NCBI GenBank assembly: GCA_964486045.1
Contig: CAZALK010000003.1
Span: 160,001-224,000, forward strand
Source of the DNA: an uncultured archaeon
Lineage (GTDB): Archaea; Asgardarchaeota; Lokiarchaeia; Sigyniarchaeales; SOKP01
Length of the DNA: 64,000 nt
Reading direction: 5' to 3'
The notes beneath the pieces were generated by a model. It searched no databases. It saw nothing but the letters and a program-made list of their open reading frames with translations, and was not told the origin of the DNA. This document shows, piece by piece, positions 52,232 through 63,204 of the stretch (position 1 is the stretch's first letter; each line of letters starts with the position of its first letter). A program made the translations under genes and the position numbers.

Positions 52232-52681
52232 CTACGCTATAGGTCCTAATTTTTTTATTTGATCAGTAAATTCCGTGATTAAATCTGCAAAACGTTTACC
52301 TTCAGAAGCGCTTATCCACTCAAGCTTAACCCGTCTGCCGTCAATTCCTAGTTGTTGAATAATAATACTATGTAATCTTTTAAACCGTTCTTCTGTATAT
52401 TCATTTCCGGATATATAGTGACAATCTCCTATGTGACATCCAGAAATCAAGATTCCATCTGCTCCACTTTTTAAGGCCTTTATGATAAATGAGGGATCAA
52501 CCCTTCCTGAGCACATAACACGCACTATTCTCATATTAGGAGGATATTGAAATCGAGAAACTCCTGCTAAATCGGCTCCAGCATAAGAACACCAATTACA
52601 ACAAAACACGAGCAGCTCTGGTGACCAAATATTTTCTTCCATTTTGGAAGGTTTTTTATTAGATATATTAGAATTTGACAT
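52232..52681 (-). CDS. mvhD: methyl-viologen-reducing hydrogenase delta subunit (Cys form)
   Basis: FCCNWCSYAGADLAG, RVMCSGRV, GCHIGDCHY, WISASEG. Confidence 0.92.
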   Translation of the reverse strand: MSNSNISNKKPSKMEENIWSPELLVFCCNWCSYAGADLAGVSRFQYPPNMRIVRVMCSGRVDPSFIIKALKSGADGILISGCHIGDCHYISGNEYTEERFKRLHSIIIQQLGIDGRRVKLEWISASEGKRFADLITEFTDQIKKLGPIA

Positions 52682-52929
52682 TGAGAGTCACATCAGCTTT
52701 AATATCTATTCATCTTGTTTTTAAATTAGTTTTTATTAATAAAAAGATTTATTTTTAATATTAATAGTAGTGTCAAGTATCTATTAAATTTATTTTTAGT
52801 TTCGGAATTAAGTAATCTTGCCTTTAAATTTAATTAATTCATCAATACTCATAGAATCTAAATCTTCGTAAGAAATATTAGAAGATCCAAAGAAATTAAT
52901 GAAATGAGTAGCGCTCTTTTGTTCAGATT

Positions 52930-54045
52930 TTAACTTTTCAAAAAGTCCTCCAATTTCCGTCGTGGTGAGTGCGGTGTTGACTTTGCATGCCCAATCCTAA
53001 AAAGCAATTGAGGAACACCTTTATAAGGGCTAATTATCTCCAAAAACCTTTTTTGTACTTCAACTAATTCTTCATATTCCTCCAATATCTGACTCATCAT
53101 TTGCATAGATAGATTTAGTTTTGTAGCCATCAAATGAACTCGTGCATATCTTCTGCCAATTTCTACCTGTTCTATTCGGTTATTTTCTTGAGTGAACATT
53201 ATTCCAAATGCTTTGGCTGTATGCGCGTTCTTATCAACAGAATTCAAAGTTCTCTTCTTGAATGACTCACTGAAGGCCTTGTCTCGCCCAGAAAACTTTT
53301 CTGCGAAAAACTTAACGTTTCCAGTTACACCCATATTCTCATAACTAAAACCATCTCGGTACGTGGCAACTTCATTGGCATTGAATCTAAACATTTTTGG
53401 AGTTACAGCATAAGTTCGCTCTGTATTTATTTCTATCTTAAAGGCTTCAGTCATAAGATTTGCTATCTTGCTTATTTTCTCAGCATCTGTAATAAATCTC
53501 AAAGGGTAATTTTCCACGTTATAACTTTTTTGGAGTATATTTAATTCTTCTACAGTTATTGGAGGTCCTTTGTAAGGGCGACGATTTGTAACTCTTAATG
53601 GTATCTGATTGAACAGATCATCTTTTTCAACTTTTGTTTTCGCGATTATGATCCTTGCAACAGGTGATTTTCCTGTCTTTTCGACAGGGTCAATTCCTTC
53701 AGGGAATAACTGTATACTTGGTTTATACCCAAATTCCTTGGCTGCAATGGATAGCAATTCGAGAAACGTTCCCTGACTGGCGTAAATCAGACGGTGTAAA
53801 GGGTCTGTCATCGGTAATAACCGATCTGGGTCAATGTATAGGCTGATTTCATTTGTATTTTTCAAAAGTAATTGCCATGGTTGTTTGTTAAATGGATTTG
53901 GTGCAAGAATAGCATAACTGAGCATTTTCAATCGGACATCATCATATTGAACCACTATTTTTTCAGGGTCCCATGCTTCCCTCGCCACTTGTAGTAACTT
54001 TTTAGATTTAGGTTTTTGTGTCATTTTTTTATCACAATTATACAA
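52930..54045 (-). CDS. Acg-type FMN-binding nitroreductase family protein
   Basis: LAPNPFNKQPW, RVTNRRPY, QLLFRIGH, SPRR. Confidence 0.8.
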   Translation of the reverse strand: MYNCDKKMTQKPKSKKLLQVAREAWDPEKIVVQYDDVRLKMLSYAILAPNPFNKQPWQLLLKNTNEISLYIDPDRLLPMTDPLHRLIYASQGTFLELLSIAAKEFGYKPSIQLFPEGIDPVEKTGKSPVARIIIAKTKVEKDDLFNQIPLRVTNRRPYKGPPITVEELNILQKSYNVENYPLRFITDAEKISKIANLMTEAFKIEINTERTYAVTPKMFRFNANEVATYRDGFSYENMGVTGNVKFFAEKFSGRDKAFSESFKKRTLNSVDKNAHTAKAFGIMFTQENNRIEQVEIGRRYARVHLMATKLNLSMQMMSQILEEYEELVEVQKRFLEIISPYKGVPQLLFRIGHAKSTPHSPRRKLEDFLKS

Positions 54046-54223
54046 TATGACTTTACATTATTTAAATTCTCTACTCCATTAAATTCACTAACTTCACAAC
54101 CCTATGAATGCAAGTTTTAAGTTTATTAAAAATAAGACAGTACCAAAGGATTCAAACAATCGTAAACGGAGCTTTTTTACCTGTGTTAGTTAAATTAAAA
54201 TATTGAATATCGTCAATGAAAAG

Positions 54224-54583
54224 TCAAAAGGTTCTTCCATTCCAACCCCACATTGATCCGTTTGCATTGACAAACTCGATGTAAATTCTTTCTTTAGTGA
54301 CCCCGAATTCTTCTTCTGCAAAATCACATAATGATTTAGAAAGATCAGCTGTTTTTGATTCTGCAAGTCCAATACTCTTAAGTTCCATGAATATTGTCGG
54401 TTCGCCTACTCCTGCAAAAACCATCTTTGTTGATGGTTCAAGTGCGACCATCACAATACTTTCAGGTTTACCTAATCCCGTTGCAACAAGTTTTGAAGCT
54501 TTCTCTACTATTTCTAGTTTCTTTCCATCTTCTACATCTTGATTTGTTTGTATTTTTAGATATGGCATAAATATTCCTCCCAT
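54224..54583 (-). CDS. MIF/phenylpyruvate tautomerase family protein
   Basis: true start MPYLKIQTN (catalytic Pro1); LGKPE, KSIG, RIYIEF, WGWNGRTF. Confidence 0.88.
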   Translation of the reverse strand: MGGIFMPYLKIQTNQDVEDGKKLEIVEKASKLVATGLGKPESIVMVALEPSTKMVFAGVGEPTIFMELKSIGLAESKTADLSKSLCDFAEEEFGVTKERIYIEFVNANGSMWGWNGRTF

Positions 54584-54712
54584 TACAAATTTCTTAAAGA
54601 TTACTTAATAGAGAATAAGATAACAAAATCCCTTATAAATTTATTTTTGGATTAGAGTATTTGTAGATTTTTCGGAATATGCGAAAAGTTCATTCCAAGA
54701 TCATTCCAAGAT

Positions 54713-54785
54713 GTTAATCGAAGTAGTTTTACCCGAAAAAGCAGGACCGATTATACGATCTTTATGCTTATTATTTTCTCGCTAT
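54713..54785 (-). pseudogene. relic 5' fragment of an MglA/Arf-like small GTPase
   Basis: EKIISIKIV, a frame break, then GPAFSGKTTSI. Confidence 0.5.
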
Positions 54786-55005
54786 GATTATAGATTACTA
54801 ACAAATTTAAATATATACCCCGATAAATACTTATAATTTTTTTTGAGTTCACTATCTGTTGACCATCCCACATTTCTCTTTTTGATGTGGTTTTTCCTAT
54901 GTCGGATATTTTTATTAAAGTTATTAAAGTTATTCTTATTGTTGGCTTGGAGTTAATATGTATTATTTGAATTAGCTATCATAAGTAAAGATAATTGAAG
55001 ATTAA

Positions 55006-55251
55006 TGTGAAAAATACGGACCACCGGATGTTCTTCAGCTCAAAGAGGTAGAAAAACCTACTCCCAAGGACAATGAAGTACTAATAAGAATATATGCGAC
55101 AACAGTAACAGCAGGGGACTGTGAGATACGAAGTCTCAAATTGTGTCTCTTGTTAAGGTTCTTTATGCGATTAGGATTTGGTTTCAGAGGACCAAGAAAA
55201 GAATTTTCTATACTAGGGCAGGAGTTAGCCGGGGAAATTCGCGATACATAG
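55006..55251 (+). pseudogene. fragment of an MDR-family alcohol dehydrogenase/quinone reductase
   Basis: [33 protein letters not shown]...[10 protein letters not shown]; no start codon, truncated. Confidence 0.8.
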
Positions 55252-55346
55252 CTTATTAAAAAAAAATTTTTCCTATTTATTCAAATTATTCCTCCAAGGG
55301 TTGCAATATTTATTCAAAGATATGAGTGATAATTCTGGTCAAGATA

Positions 55347-55466
55347 ATGATAAATTGTAGAAAATGTGGTAAAGAGATAAGGTTGGAGCTTTCGGATTCA
55401 AGGGCACTTTGTAAGCAGTGTCGAAAAACTACGATAGTACTTGAAAAAAAAAATGGAAATACTTAG
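55347..55466 (+). CDS. 39-aa Zn-ribbon microprotein (not in ORF track)
   Basis: MINCRKCGKE...LCKQCRK. Confidence 0.45.
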   Translation: MINCRKCGKEIRLELSDSRALCKQCRKTTIVLEKKNGNT

Positions 55467-55859
55467 GCCATCTTTATTAGGAAACCGAAAATTTTAAACG
55501 TTCAATAAAGGCATATAAGCGTGTGGTAAAGCTTGATGCTAATGATTTCGAAGGGCGGTTTTTATTAGCCACTCAATCAATTAAGATTCAATTTCTCGAT
55601 GGGAGAAGAATTGGTTGGTGTATAAAGTTTATAAAAATTTTCATCAAATATGACGAAGTTAGAAAGTCCAGTTGAAAGAGTTAGGATTGGAATAGTAAAC
55701 AGAAAGCTAATACCAACGAAAACTATTATATAAATTAGGATGATCCTTTTATTCACCATCTTTAGATCAATACAGATCGAATTGAGAATCTTATAATTAT
55801 TTAGATAAGAGAAAATAATATTTAAATTAAATCCTAAGGAATAAAATCCTATTGCTCGA

Positions 55860-56156
55860 TTAAAAAAATTCTTTTAAATTCTCATAACCTTCAACCAAAT
55901 CTTCTTTACTTATTTTAGATTTGATTCCTAAATCCATTATTAAATCCATAAATTCTGATAATGGAAGATTTGCAAGATAAGATGCTTTTCCAATGGAATA
56001 TTCTCCTTTTGCATATCCTTTTATAGCTAAATATACACTACCGTTATTAATTAAATTCCTTATTATATCTGATTGTTCTTCTTTTTTTTCTTCTGAATAT
56101 CTTTTAATAATTTCTTCTAAATTGTCATTAATTCTTACAGATATGACCTTACCCAT
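55860..56156 (-). CDS. UPF0175-family antitoxin
   Basis: N-terminal RHH-like ISVRI; Y..GEYSIGKASYLANL...EF. Confidence 0.8.
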   Translation of the reverse strand: MGKVISVRINDNLEEIIKRYSEEKKEEQSDIIRNLINNGSVYLAIKGYAKGEYSIGKASYLANLPLSEFMDLIMDLGIKSKISKEDLVEGYENLKEFF

Positions 56157-56159
56157 TTT

Positions 56160-56678
56160 TTAGACCTTCAAATTCTCTATTCTATTTTTAAACTCTAAGA
56201 TTAAATCTTCTTTATACCATCCAAACTCTTGTAATTCTTCATATTTTGCGATTGACTTATTTTTTGAAAGTTTATTCTTTGAATAACATAGAAAAATAAA
56301 CAAAGGAGTTGTAAAATATTTAATATTAAGAATTTTACACACTTTTAACGTTTTATAATCATCAGTTCCTAAGAACATTGCTTTTTTTTCTAAATATAAA
56401 ATTAAAGCTTCTGATTCACCTTCATGTAGATTAAAATTTCTCATAAGGTTCGCTTTTTCGGTTAAATCTTTTATTTCTTTGACCAATATTTTTTGATCAT
56501 TAATTCTCTTTTCTATTAAAAATGCGTCTATTTTTTTTAATTTTTTACCTTGGTCAACAGATTCTATAAAGACACTATGTGGTATCATAATATTTTCAAA
56601 TATTTCAATTAACAAATCAAGCAACTCGAGTTTTGATATTAACACTAAAAATGAAGAATCGCAAATAACAATGGTCAT
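56160..56678 (-). CDS. PIN-domain toxin (DUF3368-like)
   Basis: VICDSSFL, IPHSVFIE, LHEGESEAL, TDD. Confidence 0.82.
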   Translation of the reverse strand: MTIVICDSSFLVLISKLELLDLLIEIFENIMIPHSVFIESVDQGKKLKKIDAFLIEKRINDQKILVKEIKDLTEKANLMRNFNLHEGESEALILYLEKKAMFLGTDDYKTLKVCKILNIKYFTTPLFIFLCYSKNKLSKNKSIAKYEELQEFGWYKEDLILEFKNRIENLKV

Positions 56679-56825
56679 CTATTAATTTAAAACTAGTTTA
56701 CATTTTTAAATTTTTGTATACAATTCTTAATTACATTTTCTACGAAAAGCAAATTTAATCTTTGCCAACAAAGTTAACTTTTTAAATACAAAGAATTAAA
56801 ACCTAAGTATACCCACAATTTCTGG

Positions 56826-57710
56826 ATGTTAAAGTTTCGAATTAATGACTACCTTGAGCTTAGATTTGAGGATAGTAAAACGAATATCTATGTAGATAAT
56901 GAGTTATTCATCCAGTGTAAATATTTACTATTGAATTTCTCAACTAATAATTGTGGAGATTATGAGGATATTCATTCGATTGATGAGGCAATTGAAACAT
57001 TAGACAAATCATTTGAATTTTCCAAAACGGAAAGAAACTCAATCCCTCCAAAGGTTCAATTTTGGGGGCATTGTTCTAATTTACAGGCATGGTGTGAGAA
57101 TCAATATAACTCATCTTTAATCCATAGCAATTTAGCTTTTCCTCTGCTTAGAAAACTTGCCGAAGCAGGGAATTTCCTAGCAATTAAGGTATTTAAAGAA
57201 GAAATCGCAAAAAGGTTCGAGTCTGGATATATACCCACAGTGACATTTCTTCTCTATAATGGATATTTAAACTGTTTAGATAAAGAAGAACTTAATTGTG
57301 TTTTTGCTCAATCAGCTTCTAAGCTTATTCAAAAAATAATTAAGGAATTAAGTAGATTTATGGTTTCGTACTTTGAAAATTATAAAAGGATTAAAGAGTT
57401 AATTGATTTAGTCTTGTTTATTGATTTAAAGTTTAATCAAAATTTCCTAATTGATATAGTCAAACATATGCCTCAAGAGTCAAGAGTAGCCTTTACTAAA
57501 TTTGCAATACTACATATGAATTATAAAGAATTTGTAGGATATACGATTCCATTTGGAAAATATTATATATATTTTGAGCAAATGATTGATTTTCTATATG
57601 AATATTATACTCACTTTGGTGATATGCTTAAATTGCTCGATTCTGGCTTTTATAATTCCCCGCTTTCTTTAGATGAAAAACTCTCATTTGGTTCAGTTTC
57701 ATATGAATGA
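56826..57710 (+). CDS. Lokiarchaeia-type 'FWGHCSNLQAW' domain protein
   Basis: FRINDYLELRFE...FIQCKYLL...FWGHCSNLQAW...LAFPLL..L...FKEEIAKRF. Confidence 0.7.
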   Translation: MLKFRINDYLELRFEDSKTNIYVDNELFIQCKYLLLNFSTNNCGDYEDIHSIDEAIETLDKSFEFSKTERNSIPPKVQFWGHCSNLQAWCENQYNSSLIHSNLAFPLLRKLAEAGNFLAIKVFKEEIAKRFESGYIPTVTFLLYNGYLNCLDKEELNCVFAQSASKLIQKIIKELSRFMVSYFENYKRIKELIDLVLFIDLKFNQNFLIDIVKHMPQESRVAFTKFAILHMNYKEFVGYTIPFGKYYIYFEQMIDFLYEYYTHFGDMLKLLDSGFYNSPLSLDEKLSFGSVSYE

Positions 57711-57922
57711 ATTGATGAAAATAATAATTAATAATTATATGCAAAATGCTATAAAGAGATTAGAAAATCTCAAAAATTAGAAATGTTATGATAAGATTAA
57801 AAATAAAATCTCTTCTCTATAATTATTAATAATAATTTTTCCGTTTTCCTAACTCATCTATTAAAAAAATTCGTCTTCTACTTCATTTTTCTTTGATTTT
57901 GACATTAGTCTCAACTTCTTTT

Positions 57923-60900
57923 TTAATTATATTTATCTAAATACGTTTCAATCATGGATATAATTTGATCAAAATCGTAATGCTTTACTGCTATTGCTCC
58001 ATTTGGGCAAGTTGCTGCACAAGTGCCACATCCTTTACACAGTGCAGGATGAATAAAAGACTTTTTTACAACTAAGCTAACCTCTTCATAATCTTGTGTA
58101 GTCTCAATAAGTTCTATTGCGTTATAGGGGCAAATCTCGACACACTTACCACATCCAATGCACACGTCAGGATTTGATTCAGCTACAATTCCGGAAGTCG
58201 TAATTTGCTTCGCACTTAAAAAGCGACTTGCCCTTCCAGCAGCTCCATTAGCTTGAGCTATTGAATCTTGTATATTCTTGGGCCACTGTGCACATCCACA
58301 GAGAAAAATTCCTTCCGTAGCAAAATCTAAAGGTCTTAATTTAACATGAGCTTCTAAAAAGAATCCATTTCTATCTAAGGGTACTTTCAGTTTTTTTGCC
58401 AATTCTCCTAAATTATCTGCGGGAACTATCGGTGTTGATAACACAATCAAATCTGTATCAAACTCAATAGATTCTTGTAAATTTGTATCAAATACTTTTA
58501 TTCCATATTTTTCTGGGTTACTACTTTTCACAGTAACTTCTGGGATACTATCTAAATCATATCTCAAAAACATTGCATCTTTTCTCCGATCACGATAATA
58601 TTCCTCGTATTTCTTTTTAGCCATTTGAAGATCTCTGTAAAGCACAACTATTTCAAGCTCAGGTTTTATTTCTCTTAAAAAACTTATATTTTTAATGGCA
58701 TTACCGCAGCAGGTGTTAGAACAGTAAGTTAAACCTTTTCCTTCATTTTGCCGTGCATTCACACACAAAATTGTGGTTACTCGATTAATATTCTCAAGCC
58801 AGGTTTTTGCTCCATTCTTTAATTTTTGTTCTAACTCTAATTGAGTTATTACATTTTTATTATTTTTACCATATTGAAAAAGGCCTTTAGGTTTAAATTC
58901 TTGGCCTCCTGTAGCAACAATAATAGTTCCAATTGTGAGATCATGCTCTTTTTCCGAGTTTGTAACAGTAATCTTATAATTGCCAATGTAACCTTTAACA
59001 TTCTTCGCTTCAGATTCAAGGAAAACTTTAATATTTTTATTCTTGTGAACTAGATCTTTAGTTTTTTCAAGAAGAATTGAAGCATCTTCATGAATAGGAT
59101 AAAGTTTGTTTAAATAGTTTAGATTACCTCCTAAGAACTTCTCCTTCTCAACAATATAGGTTTGAAATCCTTGATTCGCTAAATTCAATGCGGCAGTTAA
59201 TCCTGAGATCCCCCCACCAATTATTAATGCGGTTGGGGTAATTTCTAATAATTCTTCTTTTAAAGGTTTCAATAGCCTTGATTTAGCAACGGCCATTTCA
59301 ATTAGATCTTTCGCCTTGGCTGTAGCAGCTTCGAACTCTTTCATATGGACCCAAGAACACTGATCGCGAATATTAACCATCTCAAATAAATATTTATTTA
59401 AACCGATTTCCTCGCAAGTTTCTTGAAAAAGAGACTCATGTGTTCTTGGAGTACATGAAGCAACAATGAATCTGTTCAATTTATGTTCTTTAATTAATTC
59501 CTTAATTTTTACTTGAGAATCAGAACTACAAGAATATAAATTATCTTCGCAATGAACTACGTTAGGAAGTGTTCGGATATATTCCGCTACGTTAGGGACA
59601 TTTACATATTTTCCAATATTAATACCACACCAACAAATTAAAACGCCAATTCGAGGTTTATCTGTAATTTTTACTTCTTTTTCAACCTCTTCCACTACTT
59701 TTTCATTCATTTGAGTGAATTTAACAGTATTCAATAGCATAGCTACTTGAGATGCTACTCCGCTAGCATCAGAAACGGTTTCTGGAATGTCCATTGGACC
59801 TTGACAGAATCCACATAAAAATATTCCCTCTTTTGACGATATTGCTTTATCATAATATGATTTTTCTTTGAAGAACTGATAATTATCCAGTTCTAAATCT
59901 AATATTGATGCTAATTCTTTAGTCCCTTTTGAAGGCACTAATGGTGTGGCTAAGACAACGAGATTTGCCTTGAATTTACTAAATTTTCCCGTTTTCAGAT
60001 TTTCATAACGAATAATCAAATCATTTGTTTCAACATCTTCATCAATTTTACTAATTTTTGTCTGGAAATATTTTACTCCATACTCACTTTGTGCTCTTTG
60101 AGTAAATTCATAGAAGTTTTTACCATATGCCCTGATATCGTGCCTAAAAACATAACAATTAGAATGTTCAGAATGTTCTTTTGTAACAATTGCCTCTTTA
60201 GCTGTATACATACAACAAACTGAGGAGCAATATGGGACATTTTCATGTAAATCTCGCGAACCCGCACATTGAATAAAAGCGATATTTTCGGGTTCTTTTT
60301 CATCACTCGGTCTTAATACTTGACCTCCAAATGGTCCAGAAGCAGATAGAATTCTTTCATATTCAAGGGCACTCACAACATTTTTAAATTTATAACCCCA
60401 TCTAGATGATAATTCTTCACCTAGCATATCAAATCCAGTTGCTACTACAATGGCTCCAACATTTAATTTAATTTCTTGAGGTTTTTGCTCATAATTAATT
60501 GCCTTTGGTTCACACACCTTCTCACAAACCCCACAAACACCCTTCGTAAGCTTTAGACAAAGCTCAGGGTCAATTAAATAGACTGGAGGAACCGCTTGAG
60601 GAAAAGGGATATAGACAGATTTTCTTTTACCCAAGTTCATGTCGAAGATATTCCCAACCTCAATTTTGGGGCATTTTGTGGCACAGTCACCGCATGCCTT
60701 ACATTTATCCTCTTCGATAAACCTAGGTTTCTTTAAGACGGTAACATTAAAGTTTCCGGATTTTCCAGAAATTTCTTTAACTTCGTGATAAGTCATCAAT
60801 TTGATGTTAGGATTCCTATAGACTTCAACCATTTTTGGTGCTAAAATACAGAGGGAACAATCATTTGTCGGAAAAGTTTTATCAAGTTGAGACATTCTAC

Positions 60901-61015
60901 CTCCAATTGAAGGATCTCTTTCAACTAAATAGACCTTGAATCCTAATTCAGTTAGATCCAGTGATGTCTGGATTCCAGCAATTCCTGCGCCAATGACCAA
61001 AACTGAACCTTCCAT
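57923..61015 (-). CDS. hdrA: heterodisulfide reductase subunit A-like flavoprotein (two FAD domains)
   Basis: GAGIAG, LDKTFPTNDCSLC, QCAGSRD...YCSSVCC, CWCG/SCTPRTHE/RDQCSW domain, C-terminal 2x[4Fe-4S]. Confidence 0.92.
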   Translation of the reverse strand: MEGSVLVIGAGIAGIQTSLDLTELGFKVYLVERDPSIGGRMSQLDKTFPTNDCSLCILAPKMVEVYRNPNIKLMTYHEVKEISGKSGNFNVTVLKKPRFIEEDKCKACGDCATKCPKIEVGNIFDMNLGKRKSVYIPFPQAVPPVYLIDPELCLKLTKGVCGVCEKVCEPKAINYEQKPQEIKLNVGAIVVATGFDMLGEELSSRWGYKFKNVVSALEYERILSASGPFGGQVLRPSDEKEPENIAFIQCAGSRDLHENVPYCSSVCCMYTAKEAIVTKEHSEHSNCYVFRHDIRAYGKNFYEFTQRAQSEYGVKYFQTKISKIDEDVETNDLIIRYENLKTGKFSKFKANLVVLATPLVPSKGTKELASILDLELDNYQFFKEKSYYDKAISSKEGIFLCGFCQGPMDIPETVSDASGVASQVAMLLNTVKFTQMNEKVVEEVEKEVKITDKPRIGVLICWCGINIGKYVNVPNVAEYIRTLPNVVHCEDNLYSCSSDSQVKIKELIKEHKLNRFIVASCTPRTHESLFQETCEEIGLNKYLFEMVNIRDQCSWVHMKEFEAATAKAKDLIEMAVAKSRLLKPLKEELLEITPTALIIGGGISGLTAALNLANQGFQTYIVEKEKFLGGNLNYLNKLYPIHEDASILLEKTKDLVHKNKNIKVFLESEAKNVKGYIGNYKITVTNSEKEHDLTIGTIIVATGGQEFKPKGLFQYGKNNKNVITQLELEQKLKNGAKTWLENINRVTTILCVNARQNEGKGLTYCSNTCCGNAIKNISFLREIKPELEIVVLYRDLQMAKKKYEEYYRDRRKDAMFLRYDLDSIPEVTVKSSNPEKYGIKVFDTNLQESIEFDTDLIVLSTPIVPADNLGELAKKLKVPLDRNGFFLEAHVKLRPLDFATEGIFLCGCAQWPKNIQDSIAQANGAAGRASRFLSAKQITTSGIVAESNPDVCIGCGKCVEICPYNAIELIETTQDYEEVSLVVKKSFIHPALCKGCGTCAATCPNGAIAVKHYDFDQIISMIETYLDKYN

Positions 61016-62295
61016 TAATCTTTTGCTCCTTGATTTTCCTTAACATTGACTAAGTTTATTAAGTCTGCGATAAACTCTGAAAAATCTAAAATCTGAACCG
61101 AAGCAAGATCCTCATAATCCTCTTGAAGACACTGCAAATGAATTCGACATTTAGGACAAGAGGTTACCATTATCGTTCCTGCTGCTTTTGCTTCTATTAC
61201 ACGTTTGTATCGTAACGCCTTAGATTTTTCATTACAATTCATCCAAGAATTAACACCACAGCATAACGCATCTTTTTTATTGTGAGCCATTTCATTAAAT
61301 TCGTAGCCCTGATCTTTTAACTGGTCAAAAATCTCTCTTACTTGTTCCATTATCATATCGTCTTTTGATAAAAACCTACTTAATCTGCACGGATCATGAT
61401 ATGTAAATTTAATTTTTTCTTCTTCTTGATTTGGATTCTTGAACTCAATTTTTCCTTGCTTCCAACTATCATAGATATACTCAATAATATGGACGACTTT
61501 GAATTTTTTATTGAAATCATCGAAAAGATTTTGATAGTCAATTTTAAAAGTTCTATAACACTCCGCGCATGCTGTAACGATTGTAGTTATTCCTGAGCTT
61601 TCGAAAGCTTTCACATTCTTTTCTGCTAATCTTATAAATGTTTCTAAGTCGCCTTGACCCCAATATAAATCGTGTCCACAACAAATTTCATCCTTCTTAA
61701 CGACAATTGGTTCCTTCTCGATTAGGCATAATAATTTTAATGTATTTTCCGAAATTGAATCTAAATTCTCAAATTCAAATTTAAAATAAGGTAAGCATCC
61801 AACATAATATAAAATATCCCCTTTATCGGAAGTTTTGCATTCTTTTGGTATCCAATCAAGGTTTCTCTTTGGAGTGATGCTTGATTGACTCATAATCTCC
61901 GATATTGTAGTATATATTCCCTTATGAGCAATATAATCATCAACATTATGAGTACGTAATTTTCTCATTTTATATTTCGCGACTCGTGCTAAATCTGCAA
62001 AACTAATATCCTCCGGACAATAAGTCATGCATGTGTTACAAGTCAAACAATCCCATAAAACACCACTCTCAAGGACTTTATCTTCAAATCCTTCAAAAAT
62101 CAATTGAATAATCTTACTTGGTGTGTATTTTTGTACTTTTGAAATCTGGCACACCCCAGAGCACCGTCCACATTGGTAACAGCGCTTTATCATGTTACGC
62201 AGATCTTCTTCATAGATCCTCCTTAGATAATAATCAGTTTTCTCTATTCCCTTCTCCGAGGCATTTTGTGGCTTCTTTCCTATCATTATTCCCAC
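61015..62295 (-). CDS. HdrD-like Fe-S oxidoreductase (ferredoxin + two CCG domains)
   Basis: CYQCGRCSGVC, CLTCNTC...CP, ICCG, CAECY, YHDPC, CCG, CPKC; TAATG overlap with hdrA. Confidence 0.88.
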   Translation of the reverse strand: MGIMIGKKPQNASEKGIEKTDYYLRRIYEEDLRNMIKRCYQCGRCSGVCQISKVQKYTPSKIIQLIFEGFEDKVLESGVLWDCLTCNTCMTYCPEDISFADLARVAKYKMRKLRTHNVDDYIAHKGIYTTISEIMSQSSITPKRNLDWIPKECKTSDKGDILYYVGCLPYFKFEFENLDSISENTLKLLCLIEKEPIVVKKDEICCGHDLYWGQGDLETFIRLAEKNVKAFESSGITTIVTACAECYRTFKIDYQNLFDDFNKKFKVVHIIEYIYDSWKQGKIEFKNPNQEEEKIKFTYHDPCRLSRFLSKDDMIMEQVREIFDQLKDQGYEFNEMAHNKKDALCCGVNSWMNCNEKSKALRYKRVIEAKAAGTIMVTSCPKCRIHLQCLQEDYEDLASVQILDFSEFIADLINLVNVKENQGAKD

Positions 62296-62596
62296 TTCTT
62301 TATTTTAAAATTTTAAACAAGATTAGTGATTCTTAATCTTTTTTCTTATCCATCTTAATATAAACTCAATGATTTACTATATTAATGGACTATATTATAT
62401 TAAGAAAATGGTTAATCAAAAAAAAGTTTTTCAAATACAAGCTTATTTATTATTATTTTGTCTTATTCCACAAGCTGAAATTAAATACTAATTTAAAGCC
62501 GAAACATTAATACCTTAAAACAAAAACCTCTAAGTTCACATATCAATGCATTTATCCTAAAAGGGCAGGAAACGGTAGTAATCCTTCAAAGTCTAA

Positions 62597-62962
62597 TCAT
62601 ATGACACACTCACATAACTCACTGAGCTCTAACTCTCCGCCGCAATCAACACAATACCACTCCTTAAACTTAAGATTGTATGACATGTCTTTATTAGCGG
62701 AATGACACATTCGACAAAAACAAATTGATTTCCTCATAAAAAACATATATTTTCTTAATTCAACGTCCAACTTACTAACTTCCCCTTTCTCCATAACTGT
62801 CAGTAATCGGAGACTTCCGTCTTTATTAATTTGAAGCTTCCTCATTCGAGCTGAAATCTTTTCCTCACGATCCACGCATTCGAGTATTAAGATTTTACGT
62901 AAGTTGTCCCGAATCTTCCTTAACTTAGGATCCTTTATAATTATAGTTTTTGCTCTCTTCAT
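62597..62962 (-). CDS. hypothetical Zn-finger protein
   Basis: CFCRMC...WYCVDC. Confidence 0.6.
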   Translation of the reverse strand: MKRAKTIIIKDPKLRKIRDNLRKILILECVDREEKISARMRKLQINKDGSLRLLTVMEKGEVSKLDVELRKYMFFMRKSICFCRMCHSANKDMSYNLKFKEWYCVDCGGELELSELCECVI

Positions 62963-63204
62963 TATACTATAAATGGTAAAAAAAATATTTAAATCTAGTC
63001 TAAATCTTGAAATATCGTTTCAAAAGGTCAGTATCAGCGTCTGTGAATAGATAGGAAAAGTCGTAATCATCCATGAGTAAGAGAAAAGAGTTGATAGTTT
63101 CTTTTGTATGAGACCAAAACCTCCTTAAGACAGGATTACTTCCGTCATTAAAACTAAATCTGTTACTTAAAAATTCAATAAATTTACCCTCTTGTATCAA
63201 TTGT

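Noticed and set aside
52232-52681. Selenoprotein forms of MvhD or HdrA
   Set aside because: The frames are uninterrupted and have Cys at the relevant positions.
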